Shown here one piece after another: positions 10,786 to 19,745 of a stretch of 64,000 nucleotides of DNA (positions are counted from its first letter, which is position 1; each line of letters begins with the position of its first letter). The position numbers and the translations under genes were made by a program. Under the pieces are notes generated by a model, which saw nothing but the letters and a program-made list of their open reading frames with translations, was not told where the DNA came from and ran no database searches. The DNA comes from an uncultured Spirochaetota bacterium (GTDB taxonomy: Bacteria; Spirochaetota; Spirochaetia; SZUA-6; Fen-1364), in contig CAWAHW010000002.1 in assembly GCA_963781885.1 (NCBI GenBank), forward strand, positions 256,001 through 320,000, read 5' to 3'.

Positions 10786-11700
10786 TCATTTCCACTCACC
10801 CACGAGTATCACCTCCCGCTCCAGCTCGAAGCCGAGCCGGAGGCGCACCTCGCGCTCCAGCGTCTCGATGAGGCTGAGGACGTCCACCGCCCGGGCGCGA
10901 TCCACGTTGATGATGATGTTGCCGTGAAAGGGCGCAACCTGCGCGCCGCCCGCGCGTATTCCTTTCAGTCCCAGGGAATCGACCAGCTTTCCCGTGGGCG
11001 CGCCGAAGGCTCTGTTGTTCTTGAAGACGCTCCCGGCGCAGGGATGGAGGAAATGACCCTTGCGCTCGCGGTCCTGCCGGTGGTCCTGCATCACGGCCGC
11101 CATCCGGTCCCGGTCTCCCGGGGAAAGCGTGAAGCTCGCCGCGAGGATGGCTCCCGGCACGGCCTGAAAGGGCGATTTCTTATACGCCCATTCGCTCCTC
11201 CGCATCCGGTAGCGGCAGGGGGTGAAATCCGCGCCGAGGTATTCGACCGAGGAGAGCACGTCGGCGATTTCCGCCTCATAGCAGCGTGCGTTCATCCATA
11301 CCGCACCCGCGACGCTGCCGGGAAGCGCAAAGGCGAACTCGAGCCCCGACAACCCATGGTCCCGCGCGGCGGCGGCAACGTCCGACACGTGCGTGCCGCC
11401 CTGGGCAGTGACAGACGTGCCGTCGACCGTCACGCCGCAGAGACGGGAGAGGTCGATCACGACGCCCCGTATGCCCTTGTCCGAAACGAGGATATTCGTG
11501 CCGCCGCCCAGGAGGAAGCAGGGAACCGATTCCCGGGCGCACACCGCCTGCACCGCGGCCGCCTCCTGCGCATCCCCGGGGACGACGAAGAGGTCCGCGG
11601 GCCCTCCGATGCGGAAGCTCGTGTGCATCGCCATCGGCTCGTCCATGCGCACGTCGCCGTCGATCTTGATCATTCGCGCCAATTCCCATAGTGTGTGCAC
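10786..11700 (-). CDS. murB: UDP-N-acetylenolpyruvoylglucosamine reductase
   Basis: HTSFRIGGPAD, LGGGTNILVSD, GLEF, MNARCY, AGSVFKN and HGNIIIN motifs. Confidence 0.95.
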   Translation of the reverse strand: MHTLWELARMIKIDGDVRMDEPMAMHTSFRIGGPADLFVVPGDAQEAAAVQAVCARESVPCFLLGGGTNILVSDKGIRGVVIDLSRLCGVTVDGTSVTAQGGTHVSDVAAAARDHGLSGLEFAFALPGSVAGAVWMNARCYEAEIADVLSSVEYLGADFTPCRYRMRRSEWAYKKSPFQAVPGAILAASFTLSPGDRDRMAAVMQDHRQDRERKGHFLHPCAGSVFKNNRAFGAPTGKLVDSLGLKGIRAGGAQVAPFHGNIIINVDRARAVDVLSLIETLEREVRLRLGFELEREVILVGEWK

Positions 11701-11747
11701 GGGCGAAATAGTAGCGGTCGGACCAAGCGAGGTCTACAGGAGAGGTC

Positions 11748-13169
11748 GTGGAGCTGAAGCTTTGGAACACGATGGGACGCCAGATGCAGGTCTTCACCCC
11801 GCGCGAAAAGGGGCGGGTGGGATTGTACTGCTGCGGCCTCACCGTCTACGACTACGCCCACGTCGGCAACCTGCGCGCGTACATCTGCGAGGACATCCTC
11901 CGCAAGACCCTGGAATACATCGGCTACAGCGTGCGCCACGTGATGAACGTGACGGACGTCGGGCATCTCACCGACGACGCCGACGGCGGCGAAGACAAGA
12001 TGCTCAAGGGCGCCCGGGAAAAGGGAAAGACGGTCTGGGAGATCGCCGATTTCTACACGAAGGCTTTTTTCCGGGATTTCGCTCTGGTGCGCTGCGCGAT
12101 GCCCACCGTGGTCTGCAAGGCGACCGAGCACATCCAGGACATGATCGACCTCATCAGCCGCATCGAAAAGAATGGCTACACCTACACGGCGGGCGGCAAT
12201 GTCTATTTCGACATCAGCAGGTTTCCCGGCTATGGAAAGCTCGCCCTGCTCGACCAGCAGGAGCTGAAAGCGGGGGCCCGCGTCGTCGTGGACGCGGAGA
12301 AGAAGAATCCGGGAGATTTCGTCCTGTGGTTCACCAAGGGTAAGTTCGAACATCAGACCATGGTCTGGGATTCTCCCTGGGGACGGGGCTACCCCGGTTG
12401 GCACATCGAATGCAGCGCCATGTCGATGAAATACCTGGGGGAGCAGTTCGACATCCATTGCGGCGGCGTCGACCACATCCCCGTCCACCATACAAATGAG
12501 ATTGCCCAGTCCGAGGCGGCGACAGGCAAGCCGTGGGTCACGTACTGGGTGCACAACGAGTGGCTGCTCATGGGCAAGGAGAAGATGGCCAAGTCCGCGG
12601 GCAACTTCACCACGCTGTCGACCCTGGTGGAGAAAGGTTTCGATCCCCTGGACTACCGTTACTTCTGCCTCGGCGCGCACTACCGCACCCAGCTGGCGTT
12701 CACGTGGGAGGCACTTTCCGCGGCCCGCGCCGGGCGGCTGGGTGTCGTGGAAAAGATCGCCCAGCTCCGGGCACAGGTCGGCGCCACTCCGGCATCGCCC
12801 ACGGGCAAGGCCCTGCGGTACCTGGCCGACTTCGACACGCACGCCATGGACGACCTGAACATGCCGCGCTGCCTTGCGGACCTCTGGACCTTGCTGCGGG
12901 ACTCCGAGGTTGCGCCCGCGGACAAGCTTGCCGCGGCGCTGCGCATGGACGCCATCTTCGACCTGGGCCTTTCTGAGGCGCGGGACGCCGAGGTGGTTCT
13001 GGACGAAGAAGCGCGCGTCCTCGTGGAGCAGAGGGAGCTTGCGCGCAAGAGCAGGGACTTCAAGAAGGCGGATGAGATCCGCGCGCTTCTTCTGGCCCGC
13101 GGAATCGAGGTGCAGGACAGCCCGAAGGGGCCAAAGCTACGGATTGCCGCTGGTCAAAGAAAAGAATAA
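11748..13169 (+). CDS. cysS: Cysteine-tRNA ligase
   Basis: CGLTVYDYAHVGN (HIGH), DFVLW, PGWHIECSAM and KMAKS (KMSKS). Confidence 0.97.
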   Translation: MELKLWNTMGRQMQVFTPREKGRVGLYCCGLTVYDYAHVGNLRAYICEDILRKTLEYIGYSVRHVMNVTDVGHLTDDADGGEDKMLKGAREKGKTVWEIADFYTKAFFRDFALVRCAMPTVVCKATEHIQDMIDLISRIEKNGYTYTAGGNVYFDISRFPGYGKLALLDQQELKAGARVVVDAEKKNPGDFVLWFTKGKFEHQTMVWDSPWGRGYPGWHIECSAMSMKYLGEQFDIHCGGVDHIPVHHTNEIAQSEAATGKPWVTYWVHNEWLLMGKEKMAKSAGNFTTLSTLVEKGFDPLDYRYFCLGAHYRTQLAFTWEALSAARAGRLGVVEKIAQLRAQVGATPASPTGKALRYLADFDTHAMDDLNMPRCLADLWTLLRDSEVAPADKLAAALRMDAIFDLGLSEARDAEVVLDEEARVLVEQRELARKSRDFKKADEIRALLLARGIEVQDSPKGPKLRIAAGQRKE

Positions 13170-13202
13170 TGATGTAACATCAGCGGGAAATCGTTGTTAG
13201 TA

Positions 13203-13733
13203 ATGAGTAGTACGGAATATGCGCACCCACCTTCCTTTGACGTGGTCTATGAATCGCTCTTTCCCATCATCTATCGCGTTTCTTTGCGCGTAACGGGAGA
13301 CAGAGGAGTCGCGGAGGATCTGTGCCATGAGGCGTTCATCAAGCTTATGGAGCGCTCCGATCTTCTGCCCAATCTCGAGCAGGCAAAGTACTGGCTCATC
13401 CGCGTGGTGAAGAATCTGTCGTTGAATCATGAGAAACGGCGCAGCCGTGAGAGGGCCGCGTACGGGAAGCTGTCGCGCCTGGCCGCCGGCACCGCCGATT
13501 CGAGCGAAAAGCTGGCCCTGCGCGAAGAAGCCCGGGCGGACGTCCAGCACGCCCTCGACGGGCTTCCGTACACGTTGCGCGCGCCGCTGGTCTTTCGCGA
13601 GTATGGCGACTTGAGCTACAAGGAGATCGGTGCAATTCTGGGCATCACGGAGAGCAATGTGAAGGTGCGGATCTTCCGCGCCAGGGAGCGCCTGGAAAAG
13701 ACGCTCGCCGAGGGTGACGCGTATGTGTCCTGA
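13203..13733 (+). CDS. ECF RNA polymerase sigma factor
   Basis: AEDLCHEAFIK, WLIRVVKN and LSYKEIGAILGITESNVKVRIFRAR (regions 2 and 4). Confidence 0.92.
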   Translation: MSSTEYAHPPSFDVVYESLFPIIYRVSLRVTGDRGVAEDLCHEAFIKLMERSDLLPNLEQAKYWLIRVVKNLSLNHEKRRSRERAAYGKLSRLAAGTADSSEKLALREEARADVQHALDGLPYTLRAPLVFREYGDLSYKEIGAILGITESNVKVRIFRARERLEKTLAEGDAYVS

Positions 13734-14277
13734 CCATGAGATTCTTTCCGCATTCCTCGATGGCGAGATCGCATCCCCCTGGGATCGCGCGATCGACGAC
13801 CATGTCGCCGGCTGCCCGCGGTGCAGTGCGGTCCTCAAGGGGCTCCGCGAGACGCGGCGCCTCCTGCGGGACGAATCCGCCGTGGAGTGGAAGGCGCCCA
13901 TGGAGCGGGTCCGCCAGCGCATCCTCAGCCAGACGGTGCCCCTGACGCGCCGGATCCCCCTCTGGCGACAGAGGCTGTCCGTGCCCGCGCCCCTGGCGAT
14001 GCTCGCCGCGGCGCTCCTGATCACCCTGGGTGTTGCACTGGCCATGTTCATCGCCCGCAGCGACATGGGCTACGTGCGCATCACCAAGGCCCCGGCCGGT
14101 GGCACGGAGTACCAGTTCGCCATTCCGTATGACCGGGTCGAATCGCTCCTGAAATCGGTGGGCGGCAACGAGGCGAACATCGAGTCGGTGATGACGCTGC
14201 CGAAGAACGTGAAGCTCGTGCCGGTGAGCGAGCCCCGCATGGGAAGGGCCGCCGAGTTCCCGAGGAAAAAGCCATGA
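13723..14277 (+). CDS. Zinc-finger (ZAS) anti-sigma factor with one TM helix
   Basis: C...LSAFLDGE...HVAGCPRC (HxxxCxxC) plus a TM segment; overlaps the sigma factor stop. Confidence 0.85.
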   Translation: MCPDHEILSAFLDGEIASPWDRAIDDHVAGCPRCSAVLKGLRETRRLLRDESAVEWKAPMERVRQRILSQTVPLTRRIPLWRQRLSVPAPLAMLAAALLITLGVALAMFIARSDMGYVRITKAPAGGTEYQFAIPYDRVESLLKSVGGNEANIESVMTLPKNVKLVPVSEPRMGRAAEFPRKKP

Positions 14278-14789
14278 TGACCAGACACGCGACCCTCGTG
14301 CCCCTCCTGCTCGCCATCGCGGTCGCGCAGTCCCCGGCGCAGGCACAGGCTCCCGATATCGACCCCAAGGAGGCCCTGCAGCAGCTCCTGTCCAACGCGC
14401 TGAGCATCACCATCTCCGCGCGCGTGGTGCCGCCCGATGCGGAGGAGCAGGACGGGTCCATCTGGAACGAGGAGAGCACGAAGCTCACGATCTCGGGGCG
14501 CGCCATCCGCGTCCGGCTGGACGGGGACAACGTTCGCATCTCCCTGATCTGCACGCCGTACGTCCAGGAGGACGGAACGGTCCTTCTCCTCGCGCAGGGG
14601 CAGGTCTGGTTCACGGAGCCCACGGACAAGGAAAGCAAGCTCTACAATACCTTCTACACGATCCCCGTCACCTTCGGGGAACCGGTCCTTTTCTTTCCCC
14701 TCGGCGTCTCCGACACCGACCAGCCAGAGAAGGGCATCTTCAACATCGAGGTCGAGATCAAGATCGTGCCCTATGAGAAGAAGCAATAG
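14274..14789 (+). CDS. Exported hypothetical protein of the ECF operon
   Basis: Signal peptide; ATGA coupling to the anti-sigma gene; coding bias. Confidence 0.7.
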   Translation: MMTRHATLVPLLLAIAVAQSPAQAQAPDIDPKEALQQLLSNALSITISARVVPPDAEEQDGSIWNEESTKLTISGRAIRVRLDGDNVRISLICTPYVQEDGTVLLLAQGQVWFTEPTDKESKLYNTFYTIPVTFGEPVLFFPLGVSDTDQPEKGIFNIEVEIKIVPYEKKQ

Positions 14790-14819
14790 GCCTTTTCCGT
14801 GGCGCATCCAGGGGACGAC

Positions 14820-16550
14820 ATGAGCGCGGCGGAGTATTCCACGACGGGTCCGGGTGAGACGGATGGCGAGGAAGACAAGGACAAGGTCAAACCGCACCAG
14901 CGGCTCTTCCGCCGGAAGGGCTTCGTGCCGAGCGTGGTGGTCATCGTCCTTGCGGTGTTCGTCCTCCTGAGCCCCCGCATGGCGGGAAGCCCTCCACGTC
15001 TGGACTCCATCACTCCCTCGCGGGCGAAGCCGGGCGACGTGATGATCCTCACCGGGCGCAATTTCGGCAGCAGCCAGGAAGGCTCGGAGGTGCGCATTTC
15101 CGGCATTTCCCCCACGTCCCTGGACTACACGGAGTGGACGGACACGCGCATCAGCATGCGCATCCCCGAGGAGGCGGGCTCGGGAATCGTGTACGTGCTC
15201 ACGAAGAGCGGCCGCAGCGCCGGTCTTCTTTTCATCAGCCAGAACGACATTCCGCAGCCCGCGTCGGGCTCGACCCGGCCGGGCGATCCGTTCATCCTGA
15301 GCGATTCTCCCATCCAGCCCTCCGTCGCGCGCGTCGGTGACACCATCACCGTGTACGGCATGAACTTCGGGCTGGAGAAGGGAGACTCCGAGGTGTATTT
15401 CACCTGGTCGGGCCTCCAGACGGCGGCCGGGGGGAGTCTCGACCTCGCCAACCTCGTGCCCGCGCGCGACTACGACCTGGACTACCTCTCCTGGTCGGAT
15501 CGCGAGATCGAGCTGCGCGTGCCCCAGGGGGCGGCCTCCGGGAACGTCATGGTGAAATCGGACAAGGGGACGAGCAACGCCGCCTATTTCGTCGTGAACA
15601 AGGGGGCAGGGAGCACCACCTACACCCTCCCACGGAAATACTCGGTGGAATACGGCCTCACCGTGTCCGTTTCCGCCGCCTCCGGGGAGAACAGCCTCTC
15701 CCTGTGGATGCCCCGCATCCTTGCCAGCCCCGAACAGCGCTCCATCGAGTCGGTCGCGCAGGACCCGGCGCCGATGTTGGACACCCCGGCGGCGTCCCTG
15801 TATTCCCTCACGAATCTCCAGAAGGGCGGCAAGTACAAGGTGTCCATGAGCTGGATGTTCGACCGCTACAAGGTGGAAACGCAGGTGAGCACGTACGACA
15901 TCCCGCCCTACGTCACCACCTCGGCGCTCTATGCCGCCTTCACGGCCCCGGATTCCCTGGCGCCGTCGGCGAGCCCCGACGTGGTCAAGGCCGCGGCTAA
16001 CGCCGTCGGACAGGAAAAGAATCCCTGGCTGAAGGCGCGCAGGATCTATGACTGGCTCCTCTCCCAGCTCACCTACAGCCCGAACACGAGCGATCCGCTG
16101 GTCGGGCTGCGCGCCAAGCGCGGCAACGCCTTCGCCTTCTCGTCGCTGTACTGCGCGCTCCTGCGCGCCACGGGCATCCCCGCCCGCATGGTGGCCGGTT
16201 ACATCGTGGGGGACCCCGGGCAGCCCGCGCGGCGCCACTACTGGGACGAGCTCTACCTGGAGACCGTCGGATGGATTCCCGTCGACCCGACACTCGGCGC
16301 GGAGAAGTCCCTGATCCCCGGCGCCCCGCCGGTGGATTTTGACGGCCGCGCATACTACTTCGGGAATCTCGACAACCAGCACATCACCCTCACGAAGGGG
16401 CTGCAGCAGATCAGCCAGATGAACCCGGCCGGCACGATCAAGCAGGACCGCGCCATGCCGTACCTTCTCAGCATCGACGAGGAGGCGGTCGGCGGGTTGG
16501 GCTCTTATGCGACGAGCTTCGAGGACCTGAAGGTGATCGGGACCTACTGA
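14820..16550 (+). CDS. Membrane-anchored IPT/TIG-domain transglutaminase-like protein
   Basis: Two IPT-like repeats (GDVMILTGRNFG, GDTITVYGMNFG); ALLRATGIPAR, HYW and GWIPVDPT motifs. Confidence 0.85.
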   Translation: MSAAEYSTTGPGETDGEEDKDKVKPHQRLFRRKGFVPSVVVIVLAVFVLLSPRMAGSPPRLDSITPSRAKPGDVMILTGRNFGSSQEGSEVRISGISPTSLDYTEWTDTRISMRIPEEAGSGIVYVLTKSGRSAGLLFISQNDIPQPASGSTRPGDPFILSDSPIQPSVARVGDTITVYGMNFGLEKGDSEVYFTWSGLQTAAGGSLDLANLVPARDYDLDYLSWSDREIELRVPQGAASGNVMVKSDKGTSNAAYFVVNKGAGSTTYTLPRKYSVEYGLTVSVSAASGENSLSLWMPRILASPEQRSIESVAQDPAPMLDTPAASLYSLTNLQKGGKYKVSMSWMFDRYKVETQVSTYDIPPYVTTSALYAAFTAPDSLAPSASPDVVKAAANAVGQEKNPWLKARRIYDWLLSQLTYSPNTSDPLVGLRAKRGNAFAFSSLYCALLRATGIPARMVAGYIVGDPGQPARRHYWDELYLETVGWIPVDPTLGAEKSLIPGAPPVDFDGRAYYFGNLDNQHITLTKGLQQISQMNPAGTIKQDRAMPYLLSIDEEAVGGLGSYATSFEDLKVIGTY

Positions 16551-17776
16551 GCGGAGGCGGCCTTGCGGCGGGCGCGCTCGATTTTCTCCATCTTGCGGTA
16601 ATACTCGGATTGCTTCTGGATTTCTTCCACGTCGTTGGTGGCGATCTTGTTGTCCGCGAGCACCATGTTCTTGTTCTCGAAGAGCTTGCGGATATAGGGA
16701 TTGCCCTTGTCGCTGGAAAGCCCCACGGTGTTGAGGAGCTCTTTGGGGCCGAGCTGGAAGGTGTACTTCCCTTTCGCGGAGATCGGGATGCGGTTCTTCT
16801 CCAGCTGGAGGAGCAGCGAGTCGTAGAGCCTGCCCAGCGGGTCCTGGATGAGGGTGTTGGCGAGCCTCTTGTACATGTCCCACAGTCTTTCCGCGAGCGT
16901 CGTCGTGATGCGCGTGATGAGCTGCGGCTGGCTCTGGACCATGCGTTCGAAGTTGGCCTTGTTCACCGCCATGAGGCTGCAGTCCTCATTGGCCACCGCG
17001 GAGGCCGAGCGCGGCTTGTTTTCCAACAGCGCCATCTCCCCGAAGATGTCGCCCGTCTTCAGCATGGCGAGCAGAACCTCGTTGTCCTCCACGATCTTCG
17101 TGATCTTCACGACGCCCTTCTGGATGATGTACAGCTCCGTGCCGGGCTCGTTCTCGGAGAAGATCATCGTGTTCTTGGGATACGTGCGGGTGAAGTCGTC
17201 GCTGCCCTTGTCGAGGTAGACCGCCTTCGCATAGGGGTGGATCTTCGCCATGCGCTCCTTGGCCTTGTCGGCGTTGGCGTCGGCGGGGCAGTTCTGGAGG
17301 AACCGGTAGTAGGCGTAGTAGGCCTGGTTGTACTGGCTCTGCCGCGCGTAGTACTCGGCGACCTTGAACAGGTGCGTCGGATCCCCCGCGGCGGTGTTCT
17401 TAAAGGTGAGGCGCGTCAGCGCCTCATCGAGGTAGCGCATCTTGCGCGAGAAGGACTGGATGATCTTGAGCGCGACGGGCGTGTTCCGCTCGATGAGGAG
17501 GCCGTATTGCTCCCGGGCGACCGAAATGAGCGAGACATCCGTGAGGGCGAGCGCGGTTTCGATGTGGCTGTGCGACGACATCGTGGAGATGACGCCGAAG
17601 AAATCGCCGGGCGCGAGGGTGTTGCCGCCCTCCTCCTCGACGACCTCGACCTCCTTGCTGATGCGCACCTTGCCGCTTCGCAGGATGTAGAAGTACTCAG
17701 CCCTCTGCTTGCCCTCGACGATGATGTACGAGTTCTTGTTGAAATTGACAATCGACAGCTGGAGCGGGCTCGCCAT
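16544..17776 (-). CDS. Tandem cyclic-nucleotide-binding (Crp/Fnr-like) protein with TPR-like linker
   Basis: Two cNMP domains (GDFFG; GDIFGEMALLENKPRSASA). Confidence 0.88.
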   Translation of the reverse strand: MASPLQLSIVNFNKNSYIIVEGKQRAEYFYILRSGKVRISKEVEVVEEEGGNTLAPGDFFGVISTMSSHSHIETALALTDVSLISVAREQYGLLIERNTPVALKIIQSFSRKMRYLDEALTRLTFKNTAAGDPTHLFKVAEYYARQSQYNQAYYAYYRFLQNCPADANADKAKERMAKIHPYAKAVYLDKGSDDFTRTYPKNTMIFSENEPGTELYIIQKGVVKITKIVEDNEVLLAMLKTGDIFGEMALLENKPRSASAVANEDCSLMAVNKANFERMVQSQPQLITRITTTLAERLWDMYKRLANTLIQDPLGRLYDSLLLQLEKNRIPISAKGKYTFQLGPKELLNTVGLSSDKGNPYIRKLFENKNMVLADNKIATNDVEEIQKQSEYYRKMEKIERARRKAASAQ

Positions 17777-17803
17777 TCTTGTTTACCGTCTTGCCTTGGT
17801 ACC

Positions 17804-17832
17804 AGTATAGAGATCGGTTTTTCCGTTGTCAA
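17804..17832 (-). promoter_or_regulatory. sigma70 promoter of the cNMP-binding gene
   Basis: TTGACA-N17-TATACT. Confidence 0.75.
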
Positions 17833-18025
17833 TGTGAAGAGTCCCCCTTGCGCCGCACGATGCCGCCGGCGGGGATGCACGGGGACACCAGGACCGGCGA
17901 ACAGCGTGACGGGGACAGGCGGCGGGGCGCCGGAAGCGCGGCGACCTTTTCACGCGCGGCGATACCGGCCCGCCGGAATGGGGCCGGTAGTCAGGGGGCA
18001 CCCGGTCTGGTATAGTCCGGGGACC

Positions 18026-18598
18026 ATGCATGGGACAGACTCCCGCCTGCGGTGGGAGGAGATATCTCGTCGCCGGATCGCTTCATGCCCCATATTCGAT
18101 GTCTACGCCGCGGAGCGCCGCTCCCCGGGGGGGCAGATGGGGGAGTTCTGGTTCCTGGCCGCGCCCGACTGGGTCACGGTGGTGCCCGTCCTCCGCGGCG
18201 AAGGCGGGGAGGAGAGCTTTCTCATGGTCCGCCAGTACCGCCATGGGGCGGAGACGGTCACGATGGAGTTCCCCGCCGGGCTCGTCGAATCGGGGGAGGA
18301 CCCCCGCGACGCGGCCCGTCGCGAGCTTCGCGAGGAGACCGGGTACGGCGCGGGCCGGCTCGTGCTCCTCACCACGCTGCTGCCGAACCCCGCATTCATG
18401 ACGAACCGCTGTTTTACTTTCCTTGCCGAACAGCTCGCGCCGGATGGCCCTCCGACTCCTGACACCCTGGAATACCTCGACCATCGCCTGCTACCCGTCG
18501 GCGACGTGGAGGCCGCGATGGGCACGGGCGAGCTCGTGAACGCGTTCACCGTCATGGCCCTGCAGTCGTTCCAGCGCTTTCGCGCCGGTGCCGCATGA
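18026..18598 (+). CDS. NUDIX hydrolase (ADP-ribose pyrophosphatase-like)
   Basis: VRQYRH, then EFPAGLVESGEDPRDAARRELREETGY (Nudix box). Confidence 0.92.
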   Translation: MHGTDSRLRWEEISRRRIASCPIFDVYAAERRSPGGQMGEFWFLAAPDWVTVVPVLRGEGGEESFLMVRQYRHGAETVTMEFPAGLVESGEDPRDAARRELREETGYGAGRLVLLTTLLPNPAFMTNRCFTFLAEQLAPDGPPTPDTLEYLDHRLLPVGDVEAAMGTGELVNAFTVMALQSFQRFRAGAA

Positions 18599-19626
18599 AG
18601 CGCAGGATCAGCACCCCCCTGAAGATCGCCATCGAGGTGGCGCTCCTCGCCGCCCTCGTGATCCTGTTCATCGTCGTCGTCGACCCAAAACAGTTCCGTG
18701 GCTATCTCCTGCGGATCACCATCTCTTCCATTCTCGGGCTGCTGGCGTTCCAGTTCTCCATTCACATCGTCGGTGCCCTCCAGTGGACCGTCCTCCTGCG
18801 TCAATCGGGAATCCGCAAGAGCATCTGGCATGTCTTCTGGGCCCGCTTGTCGGGCTGCGCCATCACGTCCCTGACCCCGTCCGCGTACTTCGGCGGCGAG
18901 CCGGTCCGCGCGGCGATCCTCAAGGACGAGACGATGAGCTACCAGAGGATCTTCGCGACCATCGCCGTGGACAAGTACATCGAGCTGTTCACGAAGTTCC
19001 CCATCGCGGTGCTCGGCTTCGCTTTCCTCATCTTCCGCGCGCATCCCAGCCGCCCCCTCGTCATCATCTCCGCGCTGTTCGTCGCTTTTTTCTTCGGCAT
19101 CTTTTTCCTGCTCATGGTGCGGCTCTTCCAGGGCGGGGATTTCATCATGCGCTTCTTCAAGCGCATCCTGCGGCCGCTCACGCGCTTCCGCCCCCGGGTG
19201 GCCGTCCGGGTCATCCGTCCCATCCGGGACTTCACCCGCAGCGTCGCCCACCTGATCAAGAGCAAGAAGGCGTTCTACCTCGCGATGTCGCTGGGGCTTC
19301 TTCTCACCGTCGTGGAGCTCTTCCAGTACGCCTACGTGCTTTCCGTGCTCGGCATCTACAGCGTCCCCGACGCGACGATCATCTTTTTCGGGCACGTTTT
19401 CCTGGGAATCTTCAGCTTCATTCCCGGCAACGTCGGGTCGATGGAAGGGGTCTTCCTCACCGTCTTCGCCCTGTTGGGCCTGGGATCGGACAGGAGCCTC
19501 ATCTTTTCGATCATCATGAGAATCGGTCAGGTCGTCATGATCGCGCTGGGGGTCGGCAGTATCGTCGTGTCGCGGATCGCGAAAAGGACCGTGAAAGGCG
19601 CCGATCGGATTCGAACCGATGCATAA
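18595..19626 (+). CDS. Lysylphosphatidylglycerol-synthase TM/flippase-like membrane protein
   Basis: Multiple TM helices; TPSAYFGGEPVR and IPGNVGSMEG motifs; the stop lies inside the antisense tRNA-Cys. Confidence 0.8.
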   Translation: MKRRISTPLKIAIEVALLAALVILFIVVVDPKQFRGYLLRITISSILGLLAFQFSIHIVGALQWTVLLRQSGIRKSIWHVFWARLSGCAITSLTPSAYFGGEPVRAAILKDETMSYQRIFATIAVDKYIELFTKFPIAVLGFAFLIFRAHPSRPLVIISALFVAFFFGIFFLLMVRLFQGGDFIMRFFKRILRPLTRFRPRVAVRVIRPIRDFTRSVAHLIKSKKAFYLAMSLGLLLTVVELFQYAYVLSVLGIYSVPDATIIFFGHVFLGIFSFIPGNVGSMEGVFLTVFALLGLGSDRSLIFSIIMRIGQVVMIALGVGSIVVSRIAKRTVKGADRIRTDA

Positions 19627-19667
19627 AGGTTTTGCAGACCTCTCCCTTACCTCTTGGGTACGGCGCC
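19596..19667 (-). tRNA. tRNA-Cys(GCA), CCA not encoded
   Basis: GGCGCCG acceptor stem, CTGCAAA anticodon loop, GGTTCGAATCC T-arm, U discriminator; upstream TGGACA-N17-TACTGT promoter. Confidence 0.95.
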
Positions 19668-19745
19668 GTCTGGCCGCCCCGCGGGGGCGGACGTTTCCCG
19701 AACAGTAGCGAAAAAGGGTTTCGCTGTCCAGACTCCGACGTTTTG

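Noticed and set aside
14070-16883. Long antisense/alternate-frame ORFs (e.g. 937 aa here; also 4506-6032, 40981-43074, 24344-26431)
   Set aside because: Shadow ORFs expected in high-GC DNA overlapping well-supported genes; low-complexity R/G/A-rich translations.
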